Positions 19,187-31,800 of a stretch of DNA of 64,000 bases are shown here, in pieces. The notes under the pieces were generated by a model. It made no database searches, was not told where the DNA came from, and saw only the letters and a list, made by a program, of their open reading frames with translations. The DNA is from Botryllus schlosseri. Lineage: Eukaryota. The stretch is from NCBI GenBank assembly GCA_051294905.1, contig CM119381.1:992001-1056000 (forward strand), in the 5' to 3' direction. The position numbers and the translations under genes were made by a program. Each line of letters opens with the position of its first letter. Position 1 is the stretch's first letter.

Positions 19187-22100
19187 TCAAAATGCCTCGG
19201 TTGTAGCTAGTCATCAAACTGCCTATTGTCTGACAAGCCAGGCTATCATTAGAGCCTTTCTACCAGAAATTACATTAAACCTCTATAAAAGAGTCGTGGA
19301 AATTACAGTCTGACCTTCATCAAAAATTCGATTCATTACGGAGTAAGACATTAGCGTTGATGAGGTAGCCCACTAAATTTTTTTACAATATTTCAATCAG
19401 AAATACACAACAAATATGGTAGAAGACTCTTATAGGTACAGATCTTTGGCATACAACTGAAAAATATATTCCTATCGAAATGAATCTGATTGTTTTTGAC
19501 CATATCATAAACAAGACGCCGGTACATCAAATCGTATTCATGGCAAACCAATGCTCACGGCTGTATTTTCACCAACATGATCTAGCCACAAAGTGCCATA
19601 TCGCTACCATCACTAACAAAGATTTCGACACTTATTTCATAACAGCAGATCAGCCATGTATTATTATGTCATCTTCTACATTAGAAGACCGACTATTGAT
19701 TGATCTATATACGAGATATGACATCATGAGGTATTGCCAATAATATTGACAGCACGAGTACTTTCAATACGGCACCAGTAGTTTATCTTGAAAAAGTCAG
19801 AACTATATCGACTAAATGCATTGGATCTCAAATCATTAATTTGAAAAAATTAATCTCATTAAGACAAAGTGGAGTTTTTCAAGTATAATATGATGGATTT
19901 GGTTATATACACAGAAATAGCTTCAAAAGTATACCAGTAGTCCGAATAAAGACACTACATGATTTTGCACAGTAACGTGGATACATAATATTTGAAACTA
20001 CAAAATATTGAGACACAGACAGACATATTTATTTTTGGCATACCGGTATCCCCAAAATAGCATACTTTTGGAAGTTTTCATAGTTTATTTCTAGGAATTT
20101 TGGCATTGCCATGAACCAATACTTGTAGACTCGTATTAACCATACGAAACGATTTCAGTTAGCCTTTCTTGTCAAAGTCACGAAACGTGCAGTATCAACT
20201 CAGTGCTAAAAAGCAAGAAAACCGAATTGACAATAATGTTGAAGAACTAATTCACCCGATACAAAACCAACTGCTTCTGCAATATTGTAGAAAAATAATC
20301 AATTCGCTAGGCATGTAAAATTTGATGGCAATCACAATGATCACATTATAACTTGAAACAATTCAAAAGTGTTGCTGTCACTGTTCCATCACAGCCTTCA
20401 CTACAAGGTATTATTCAATAGCAAGTTATACGTGAATGGGCCAAATTCACTCCGGGTTGAGTGCGGCGGCTACATGATGTAACAAAATGCACTAGAGGTG
20501 ATAACCAGAAAATGCCAAGGTCTAGTTATTGCACCAAATCTACTAATTAGGGTTCTCATTCACGGATTCAGAAATCTGCTGATTACTACCGAAAACCCTT
20601 TCTCTTTTGGGTAACGATCATCTCTACTTACTACTGGCTGTATCGTTCAATCCACAGATTACCCACGAATCCAGATATAGTAACTCGACTTTTTGGCCTC
20701 GGCCGCTAGGTTTTCACCGGTCCCTTGAAGCTAATCCACAGACCACCAGTTCAAGAATTTCGCTTTACACCCTGTTTTTAGCTCTTTATACAAAATTCAT
20801 TCTATCGTTGATGACATTTTAATATGAAAAGTCACAAAATTATGCTTTCTCAATATTTTTAGCATATTCAAAATTATATTTTCAACAGTTTCGGCATCTG
20901 GTTCCAGAAATGCAAAACTAACCATGCCCGTCATAAACGAACCTGAAGTAAACCTGAATATCGTAGAATGAATATTTCAACTCAAAGATTGCATGCACAA
21001 ACCTTATCAAGAGTTACCGTCAAAATAATAAGCCTATAAACAGAGACTTCAATGACAACCAACTTGGTATGATGTAACAATGTAACATTGAAAATATTCA
21101 AAGGGAACCTGATCTTATTGATCAAGAGATCCATGGTTGTAGTAGTTTTGATCCAGGAGCTATAAAAATACCGTGCAGTGTCTAGTCTAGTTGGGAGAAA
21201 TACTTCACGAGAACACGTCTATTAGCTTACACAACAATAAACAGCCTACTAGAGGCACTCAACTGAGTACTAGGCTATGATCTGATCACAACATGTAGGC
21301 TCAATGACTCAAAATATTATGATTCATGGCCTGATCATTTATTCCAATCGATGTTCAATATTCAGATCCTTGCATTCTCGTGAATTTGAATTAAAACTGA
21401 GTGGATAAACATAGAACACGGCCATTGAATAGAAACAATTCAACATAAATTGCCTCACCTAGGCCTATTCAAGATTGACGACTATATTATGCCTTAATTT
21501 GGGCGACACATGCGCGTGCTGTAAATTTCAATTGTCAGATATTGGGCTGAAAAATTTGCAACAATGAACAGCAGCAACACAAGTTTATTGATGCTAGGCG
21601 AGGCAATTTGAACAAAACTCATGAAAATTGTTTGTAAGATCCTAATTTGAGGGTAACAATTAGAGGCCTAGCACATCAGAGATGACAGATTTCGCTACTT
21701 CAAACATAATTTCAAGTTACATAGGTAGCTTTAACTGGATTGCCAGGAGTATCAATTAGCACGCATTCGTTTTGTGCATAAATATCGCAATAAACGTTTT
21801 ATCATGGATTCCAAATTAATCAAATAAAGCTGTTAGATTGATCACTCAGAAACTGAGGTATAGGAGACCCGAACGACCAAAGACAGCAATGTCAGTTCTA
21901 AACCACATTACAGATAATCACATATTTTTTCCGACCGTACCTATTTCAATGCACTAGTTTGGAATACAAGTCTTGTACGCTGCGATGCGACCAAGGCTTT
22001 GACAGTGGAAAATAATATCGAAACTAAAATTATTGTTGATAAATTAACTCGGCAAGGAGCGTATCATTACAGTGTCCAATAAAACGATCACTCACTACTA

Positions 22101-24052
22101 GACTGAAATCATTAAAAGTAATACTAGATTCAGAATAAAGTGCTGCTCACGTTAGCTCTCAAATGCTCAAACATATATGTTGTAATTAGGTGAGCAATCT
22201 TCGAACAGTGTTTGGAATTCAAGAGCTTTGAAACGAGGATGCTCGTCAAATGATCAAGAGTTCCCAGCATAGGCGCTGAACTCTGATTTTCCCTAGGTAT
22301 GCGGGATCGATAACGTCACAAAGGGCTGACCTCATAGTGCGTCAGAATTGACAAATGAGCCGACTCGCCAGCGTACAATATCACCTGTCACATGTATATG
22401 GTGACGAAATTACGATACTGTTAAGCAGACATGTAGCCGGCCGGCCGCTTGCTGAATTGATTGAATTCATTTCAAATTTACTAAGGTAGCATCAGTTTAT
22501 TATGGTTAAGTACATGCGCCAATGCCGATAAAACATCGATCGGATCGGCATCCTTGTGTAACGGACCCGTATGTACGATATATATATTATATAATTATAT
22601 ACACTCGACACATCACGCTACCAAGATTTACTGGCGAGTCCGACTATGCATACATATGCATTCAATTAGTGAGTTCGCAATCTCCCGCAACTTATTCGCC
22701 AACAATCTGGAGATTTCGATCACTCCGCCCCGAGAACAAACGATAACGCATCTTTGGCGACTACAGTTACAGGAATTATTAACCAAATGGAAAGTCTATT
22801 CTGGACTCTATTCACTAGTGACTCTGATTTCAGAGGAGCCAGAAGTTTCGATATCAAGAGCCTGCAAGACATTTTCTGATCGTTCTGTTCTAGTATTAGC
22901 ATTAATCAAAATCAATTACGCCGCTATCTGTCCACGTCAGTATGTATTTCAATTAATTCCGTCCATGTTCAATGTCTGAGCCAGTCTGACATCACAATCA
23001 CAGAAGACGCGATAGTTCCAGCCAGCGCATCAGATATCATATTCCTACATTTCGCGCCTATGGAAATTGACACCTTCAGAGTATAGAGGTCTCGGTCTTG
23101 TTGCGTCTTCTAAATACTCGCGTTCGATCAATGTATTCAGGCGCATAGCCGAGTTGTTATGGAGTGTGTTCTATAATGGCATCGATTTCCAGTGGTTTAA
23201 ACCTTTCTTATCTTTTATAACTCAAGCCTTGACACACATCTTCTGATGGTTATGTTCAAGTATTAGCGGAAATCAAGTACGCATGTACAAGTACATTGTA
23301 CGCACGCGTCGCAAATGCTTGCGGACATTGGATGGCATTCAGTTTCGCGATGTCAATCTTCAATCACAATCGAGAGATAGGAGCCTAAGCATGCTAGGCC
23401 CGCCACACGATAGTTAGGCCAGCGATGATATATTTCATACCAGGCCTATTGTAGACGCAATTGTGTAGGCTTACGATGGTATAGGTATAGTGCGCACCGG
23501 GCCTATTGCAGATTCGATTCTTCAAGCCAGAGGAACTAGGCTTGATGGAGACGCGATTAATCGGACCAGCGACTATTGCGGCAATCAACGATCAATGATC
23601 TCAGCGAGATTTTCTGCGTTACATTGTGCACGAACGATTCTCGATAATTGGAAACACGCTTCTCGCTAATTGGCCATGGCCGTGCGAAACACTAATAAAA
23701 TACGACTAACTGAATTGCAACTGAATATTAGCGTCAGAATGGTCATTTCAAAAGGACGGCGTTCTACTATGTACCTGAATATGTTGCTGCTGATTTGCTC
23801 AAGTGTTCAGCAGCGCTACGACATACATTGCTTGTTTCTAAATCGATCAATTCACCAGCCAGTCAGGTACAGACCTAACCGAATTCTGGGTATGCCGCAT
23901 ACCCAAAAATATTCCTAGGTATGCACGACATACCTAGCATACCAGAGTTCAGCGCCTATGGTTGCCAGTATCGGAAAATTTAAAATGGCTCATAAAGAAG
24001 TGGATCAATGCAAAATAAAATATGAACGTAATTAATTTGGTCACTGCATTAA

Positions 24053-24468
24053 GAGGGTTGTAACCAAGTCACTAGTCAATTATACTTTGATAGTTTTTAC
24101 TCGAGTCAAGTTGAATGAAGTCGTTTTCAATTCAACTCCGAGTCATAGTGTTCATTGTTCATTTTCTAGTTGAAGCCAGGTTCAACTCGTATCTTAGAAG
24201 CTCTTAGGTGATTACGAAGGCTCCACCTTCATAGCATATTATATTCTTCTTCTCACTTTCAATATGTTTACTGTTAGTGTTAGTCAATCAGATAAAAGAG
24301 GGTTTCTGCCTTTCTTTTAAAGTTGCGGTCCTAATACATGAGACTTGATTCTTGAAAGGCATAGAGAAGTCTCGGGTCATGCGCAATGCACAAACAATAC
24401 AATAAACAAGCAATACACAAACTGACTTGAGTCAAGTGAGTCGAGCGACTCGCGTCATCACAACCCTG
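24053..24468. mobile_element. GACTCGAGTC-family MITE, older copy; other partial copies near 9.5-9.8, 13.4, 29.6-30.0, 42.4-42.8, 43.7-44.1, 49.5-49.6, 53.0-53.1 and 57.7-57.9 kb
   Basis: Ends GAGGGTTGTAAC / CACAACCCTG with GACTCGAGTC/GACTTGAGTC arrays; no clean TSD. Confidence 0.7.
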
Positions 24469-25545
24469 CTAGGCTGCTTACAAACCATATAATTTATCTA
24501 TGTTAGGCTATTAAATTCGTGTTCACAAATAATCCCCATATCGGTTAGTTTGTAAACCATGAAACGAATTTTGCATGAAAAGGAATAAAAAATTTACACT
24601 GCGGTTCAGTTTCATTTTCATGTATATTCATCCTATAGGCCCAGGCTGTTATAGACATTGATTCAATACTGTAACCTCAACATTATAAGCTATTGATAGA
24701 AAATAGAGCCTATATTTTGATGTAGCCACAACTAACGCAAGAATTAATTGCACTTCAGCAATCCTGCGGCTGGCGGTTACCGTACATCGCAAAATTCAAT
24801 AAAACAGTTCCTAACATAGTAATATGTACTGTTAAGTAAGATAAGCCTACGCAGACACGAAATTATCATTGCATCATCCACTCATCTCAAATTCCTAACT
24901 CAAACTAGAAATCTTTTATATTCTTTCTTGTTACACAAGCTCAGAAAGGATAACAGACATCGTGATGTTTGTGAGTTGCGACTCACACTATACAGTATAG
25001 TCTGCACTTTGCGTGATAACAACAGATATGCGGTTGAGCTGTCGCATAATTTCACGGTTCATAAAGAAATACCGCGATATCTTGACCGGAATTTAGCACA
25101 GCATCGAGACTACTATAAAAATAATAAACTAATCATAACGAACACCAGCCACGCTAACAAAGAATAAACGAATCGAATGAAATGAATTTGTCGTTCCCCA
25201 TAAAAGCGTAATAGACAGACGGTGGCGCTAAATAAATATGGCTCTTTGTGTTCAATAGTGAATGAAATAGGATAGTATATACAATATAAATTATATGCAT
25301 AAGCCAGGACTTGTTGGGAATAATCTTTTCCTAGCCTTGTCTGTGGAAAAGCTAAGATTTTTAATTTCAAGATATGTCTTTGGAATCAGCGCCGAGACAT
25401 ACTGGTCAGCCCACAAGATAACCGGACCACGATCTGACATATCGACCTCGGCCAAGGTGGGTGTCCGATTTCAAAGACTTCTCCAAGTCGTTTCGACACC
25501 TTACTAAACTTTTCACTGTGTCGCAATTTTTGCGGTGCATTGAAG

Positions 25546-25581
25546 TATAGATTACTAACCTACGTAGGTTAGTAATCTATA
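25546..25581. repeat. Perfect 36-bp palindrome with no spacer
   Basis: TATAGATTACTAACCTACGTAGGTTAGTAATCTATA equals its own reverse complement. Confidence 0.95.
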
Positions 25582-26749
25582 ATTGAAGTGATCAAAATTG
25601 CTGATAAACCGAACCGAAACGAACCACTGAGCGATCCTTCAGCTATTGAGTTGTAGCGACACCATGAGGAAAGTGTTTTTGCCAGTGAGCAAAACGAAGT
25701 TTTTGTAATATATTTCTCAGCTAGTTATTTTTTGTACCAAATAAAGGCGTCCGTCAATATCATGCTATTCAGTATTCCCTATCAGTATGGCAGGGCTGGA
25801 GCAAGTTGTATATGCGAGCGAGGCAATTATATTGCGACTTGTACGGAAATTTTATGCGATTGATTGGAGCTGTACTTGATCTTGCATCTTGGTAGTCTAC
25901 TACTATACAGTATTGCATATATGGAATCTCGGTTCATTTTTTGAAATAAATCCTGCGCGATGACAGCTTTTCTGCATAGAATAATCATGTAATTAAACAG
26001 AAAGTTTTGCGTGACGTTGCTACCAATTCCACTCTATGAAAGGAAGAAATAGAATGTATTGCATTTCTAGCAATTATCAATTAACCACCAGGTCTTTGCC
26101 TATTTTCAATTACTGTTCTGAATGTACATTACGGGTATTACAAATGCGCATTCGTCTGTAGACATAAGGAATAGTTTTCGAATAGTGAACAAAAAAGATC
26201 ATTGCTGTATCAAATATAGGCCTACCGGATTTGTCGAGCAATATCTCGCTGGCTATACGACAGTCATGTCCACATACAAGATTACAAGTCAAAATACAAA
26301 CAATTTCTACTGAATAAACACTAGTTAGGCGTTAGCCTTCTATTTTACCGGACTACGACCTGACATATCGATCGATCGCCTTCCGACTCATGCCACCTTT
26401 TTTATCACTGGTCCTATTATACTATCTTCCTTAACTTTTCATTCAGTGTGCATGCCTCCTTTTTTATATCGCTTAGGCCAGGTGGGTCGAAGACTACTCC
26501 GAGTCATTTCTACACCTTCCTGTCTTTCATTGTCCCACAGTCTTGTGGTGTATTGAAATGATGAAATTATTAGCAATAAATTGAATTGAATTGAGAACAC
26601 AACGAAAAATATTAGCTTGCTGCACAATGAACAGTGAGCATAAACCAGCCGTGCTTAATTTTACCTCGGTCGATATATTATGAGTGAAGCAACGCTGTTG
26701 TTGATTTTAGGTATCCTGCTGCTAAAATACTCTCTTATTGCTCGGCAAC

Positions 26750-27751
26750 ATGTGTGATGAAGACTACATCGAAGCTAAAGTTATCAAACTTGAAAGACGA
26801 TCTGACCAGAATGGATGTCTCGATGATGAGTCATTGGTTAATGTCTACGCTCGGGAGCTAATGGCAGCGTCCACCATGACAACAGTGAAGAACAAACCAA
26901 TGACTGGAATCTGCTCGCCCCTTGATAGACCAACGGGTAATTGTACGGGTTCACAAAAGCAACACTCCAACAGTCTCATTACCAGTGCGGCAAAATCGCG
27001 GAGCCATTTTAAGCAAGGGGAGTCGTCTGGAGTACCTAACTCGCTATGCAAAAGGACTCTGCAGCCTGTGGGGTTCCAAACAGACAATTTCGATACCAAG
27101 GATATGTCTCGACAAATGAATGATCACATATTCACAAATAACGATTCTGTAACCGCGAAAGTTGCTGAAATGAGTCCAACATATTTGGAAATTCCTGAGC
27201 GCAAACACTCGGACGTCGCCGCTTTTGATATGCATTTAGCGAAAGTCAAAGAGCTGCCGTTCAATGATTTCATGAGCCTCGACGATGCCCTGACGAAAAT
27301 CATAACTTGCACCAATTATTTCTCAGAAATACCACCTGGAAAGAAAGATAATTGCTATTTCCTATTCGACAACACCCTGAATAAACGCAGACGCGAGGCC
27401 AAATTGAAACGTGTATTTCAAGACGACGTGGGGACTTGGACAAGTTGTAGACAGACTTATTCTTATTACTTGAAAACTTGCGGGACGTATAAATATTTAT
27501 ATAAACCGGCGAAGCAGAACGGTGCTTTTTGCGCCCTCAGAAAGAAAGAATATGTACCACTGACGCCGCAGCCATCTGCCGAGGAGGTCATTAAAGTTGG
27601 TCGGTACTATGCGAAACTAAAAAGTAACCCTTTGTTTCAAAAACGGATAACCTGGATTGAAGCAGACCAGCCAGGCTCCAGCGATGCCTGTCTTATCGAG
27701 TATAAAGGCAAAGAGAGAGAGTCTTTATTTTCATCCAACGGAAATACGTAA
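26750..27751 (+). CDS. 333-codon uninterrupted ORF resembling the N-terminal, non-catalytic part of invertebrate Mutator-like (MULE) transposases
   Basis: First ATG at 26750, preceded by a plausible acceptor (TTGATTTTAG ending 26710). Motifs IPPGKKDNCYFLFDNTLNKRRR..FQDDVGTW..YVPLTPQP..RYYAKLK..KRITW..LIEYKG..NGN recall that family. There is no DDE domain. AATAAA lies near 27925. Family call is from memory. Confidence 0.55.
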   Translation: MCDEDYIEAKVIKLERRSDQNGCLDDESLVNVYARELMAASTMTTVKNKPMTGICSPLDRPTGNCTGSQKQHSNSLITSAAKSRSHFKQGESSGVPNSLCKRTLQPVGFQTDNFDTKDMSRQMNDHIFTNNDSVTAKVAEMSPTYLEIPERKHSDVAAFDMHLAKVKELPFNDFMSLDDALTKIITCTNYFSEIPPGKKDNCYFLFDNTLNKRRREAKLKRVFQDDVGTWTSCRQTYSYYLKTCGTYKYLYKPAKQNGAFCALRKKEYVPLTPQPSAEEVIKVGRYYAKLKSNPLFQKRITWIEADQPGSSDACLIEYKGKERESLFSSNGNT

Positions 27752-28882
27752 CAACAGACGGCAATGATGGTGGTATAGAAAATATGCGTGCACACTGCAC
27801 AGTATTCGGTATCAGATAGAAATGATCAATACGACTGTGAAGGTCAACTAGTCTGATCACACCTGCAGCATCAAACAGGTACACTTGTCTCTATACAGCA
27901 GAGAATTGAAGTAACGACCGTGTAATAAATTCTCTTTTATGACGGAAAATGTAAGACGGTTTAGATTTTAGAAAGCGATGGAATGCCCAATTCAACCTGG
28001 TGTATGAGGTCAGTAAATACATGCGCAAAGGGGCGAACAAATAGGCCTACCCCACGATGGTTAGTAATTGTGACGAGATTTTTCGATAAACATTATTTGG
28101 TTGGGGTAGCCTATCCTTGCCACAGTAATGTAAGAAATTATTTATTGATATGACTTTTCCCGACTCTGTCATGATTTTACGATGTCTTAGATGTATGCGT
28201 ATTTCTTTATTATGTTGATCCGATGATGTTTTATGTATTTGTTTTATGATCATGTTATATAAATGCGTTGATGTTGATTATTGTCTGCCTCATAAACATT
28301 AACACGGTATCGTGTGATTTTAGAAATTTGAGAACATGTTTCTATAATAACACGACGAATGACGGTTTCTCTCTAGCATATGCTAGTACACAACAGAAGT
28401 ACACGCAATATATGATGGATGAATGAAGCTGTTACTTGGCTTCGACAGCCATGCGTGTTTGCACTGCATGCAGGAAAACGGCCTTTCTGCTTTGTAATTG
28501 TATTTACAATGACCTAAGTATATTCATTAAATTTGTAAATTTTCCATGACACTGCATGTTGTTGTTGTATTTTTCCCTACATTTGCATTTTTATTACTTA
28601 ATCTAAAGCAAAAATATTTTATGATATGTTATGATTTTCTGCCTTTTCCTTTTCTGTGATAGGCGAATAGGCTACAGCTACGGATTAAACATGAAACAAA
28701 AAATTGTTTTCAACTTTTTGATTATTTTTTCAAAATTTTTCTGTGGTGGCCGAAGTGACCCGTGAATGGGGTGACTTTAGCCGCGTACCATTTTCTTTCA
28801 TTTTCTTCTCTATATATTACAGTAGAGTATATGTGCTATTAGTTATATCCTGTATCGCAACGGAGAAAACTGCAAATTCATT

Positions 28883-31800
28883 ATGGCAGATTCCGGGAGT
28901 ATTTCAGATGAGATCACGCTGTATTGCATTTGTAGAAGCCCCGACATTGACCGCTTCATGATAATGTGTGATCGGTGTGAGGAATGGTGAGTTGGTTATT
29001 GCTTGTAGGCCTATACCGCACAGAACTCTTAATGAAATGTACGCCAAAATGCTACAGCAATAAACGTAGCCTTCATTGCGCAGCTTATAGTTTTATTCAA
29101 TTTAGTAGGTATTGAGGTGTTAAGAATTGTACAATTTCATCATATTATTAAGTAGAACACATTGTTAGGCTAAAGGCTACTAATTCCAAACGCAGACTTG
29201 AAAACACAGGTTAAAGAATGACCCATCTCTTTCGTCTATAATGCACAAAAATTACCAACAGAGTCCAAGGGTACAGAGAAAATGCAAAAATAATGACCTA
29301 TCATGATATAGGTTGGTAAATCGAAATCAAAATTATAAAATATTGGTCTATGGAGAGTAGTGGGGAACAGAACACTTGGCAAAGACAAAAAGCATACCAG
29401 TAGCCTAATGTTGTAGCAATTTGTAGTGTAAATGAAAAATCACCCGGTTTATGCTATACAATTAACCCCACGCTTTGATTAAGGAATCCCAATACTCACC
29501 CCAGCAAATAATCATAATTGTTAGAAATCAATATTATTTTATAATTATGGGTTATGGCTCACAGGTCACAGGCAGCAACGGGTCGAGTCATAGTGTTGAG
29601 ACTTGAGTCTGAGTGGAAGTGATAGTGCTCACTGTTATTGAGATCAAGTCAGATTCAACTCATTTCTGTAAAACTCTTGGGTGATACCGAAGGCCTTGCA
29701 TTCACATTATACTCATTTTGCTCACTCTTAACATATTTATTCAAACAGATTAAATACAGTGGTGTTTATGACCCTGTTGTTCAAGTATTGGTCCTGATAC
29801 ACGAGAATTAAATCAAGTTATGTGCATACAAGAGCCTCGAGTCATAATTATGACTTGGTTGAGTCATTTGCAATAACTCAAGTACAAGTCCAGTTAATGC
29901 GCCAGTTAACTCGCGCCGAGTCAAGTCATTTTCAAGAAAATTTGTGACCTGAAATTACAACCTTGCAAGTAATAATATAATATATATATTATATTTCTTC
30001 CCAAACCCCCGTGTTTGGCAATATTTTGTTGTTGTTAGGTATCACGGTGACTGCATCAACATCACAGAGAAAGATTCCAGAAGAATAAAATTCTTCTACT
30101 GCAAGTCGTGCCGTCGAAAGGACCCTTTCTTGAAAATACAATACCGCAAGAGGAAGAAAAGCCACGAAAAAGAACCCAAAAAACCAAAAAAAGCGAAACG
30201 GATCAAAGAGAATTCACCCAAACCTTTGAAAAAGAAGAGAATTTCAGCCCCGGAAAAGCCCAAAGCTAAAACGGAAAAATTCGAGGAAGTGAAAAAAAAA
30301 GCCAGCAATGCTTCCATGAAAATCGAGACGCAGAGTCATCTCCAGACCAAAGGTGGGAAAAGTTATTCAATCGCAGACTGACATGCAGAAACTATTGGAT
30401 TTTCAACATGCGCAAGTAGAACTGGAACCAGTCGCTTCTTAAAATGTGCAAATAGAACTAGGACTAGTCGTTAGTGGACCGTCTTAAACTAACTAGATGG
30501 GTCGTTTGTGCAAATCTGTTTGCGGATCATACAGGAGCAAATTAGGCCTGAATTAGGTTTTTGTTGTCAGTATATTTACCGAAGTCAGCCGTGAAACGGT
30601 CTTTTTAGATTATGGTGGTCACCGAGCAGGTGTTCATGTTAGAATAATGAGAAAAATCATGAAGTGAACATATATACTCTGCTGATGTGAACCAGCTAAA
30701 GAAGATAGCAAAACAACAAGGCTATTTTATCAAGAGCTACACGCTCACACAGAGCTAGGGACACAGCCTAATAGTAACTTATCCACTTGGCAACATCTGG
30801 TAACAATGTAGTTCACTGATTTCTATTTAGAAATATAACTGCACGCCACAGAACATAGTCTCAACTTTTGTCTCGGCCCGCCACCACAATTATGTTCTTA
30901 TTCAAATTCGGCCCGCTGAGAAAAATAATTGCGTACCCCTCATTTAGCTGCATTGCATGCATCCAATTATGACATCTTGAAGTAAAACGCAACATGAGCA
31001 TAAATTCCTCCCATTGACCGCGCTTGTGTTCGCTCCAGATTTTCATATTTGCTATTTGCTGACGATTGCCCCTGAAGAGCGCTCTTCGCAACGCATACAA
31101 TCTGCAACTACTTTCAACCTGTCTTCATTTCAGAGTCTTCCAGTAAAAAGAGTCATCAAAGTGTGCGAAAACCCGACAGGTACCATTAGTACTGATTAGT
31201 TTTTCCTCTACTTGCAATACTTTTTCAGGTAACCTAAATATAATTTTCCGCTACTTTTACTGCGTTATGATTTTTGATTTACTCGCTTACTTTTTTCTAC
31301 TTTTAGTTTGTCAAGTAGAAGTATTATAGGCCTATTCTTCCAATGAGAGAGAGACTGAGACGTAGAAATGGAGTGGCTGTTTTCGCGGAGTACGAACAAG
31401 AATTTAATTTTCAAAAATTTCGAGTAAATAGATATGGAGTGGTAAAGTATGTTTTATTGTTTTAGCTATAGGATAAGAAAGTTTCCGATTAATTGACTAA
31501 AAATTTTTAAAAATTCAAATATTACTGTCTAGCCTACCCCATTAAATGGCTAGGTTGTCTAGAAAAACGTTGTATATACAATTTGAATCGATACCATCCA
31601 GTTTAAGCGAAGTTGTTGCATTTTAAAATTTTGGGTTCGAAAAAATAGTATTTGCTGCATGCTGCATGGCAAATTTCCTGGTTAACTTATTGTGGACCTG
31701 CCCGTCGTGAATACTGTTTTCTAAAATCCAAAATATTTTCACATTGCTCAGTTTCCAGCATGAGTTCATGAGAGTGTATTTATGACTGCTTTTCACAGCT

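Noticed and set aside
18843-19313. 156-aa plus-strand ORF; similar cases at 37253-37495, 44829-45281 and 47543-47944
   Set aside because: These are antisense shadows of real coding exons with no independent homology.
26711-26720. GTATCCTGCT resembling a U12-type donor
   Set aside because: It mismatches the GTATCCTTT consensus, follows a good acceptor AG, and no U12 branch site partner was seen.
30609-30629. Possible 21-nt phase-symmetric micro-exon (DYGGHRA) in CXXC1 intron 2
   Set aside because: It has a weak donor and no homology support. Even if real, it would not restore a CXXC domain.
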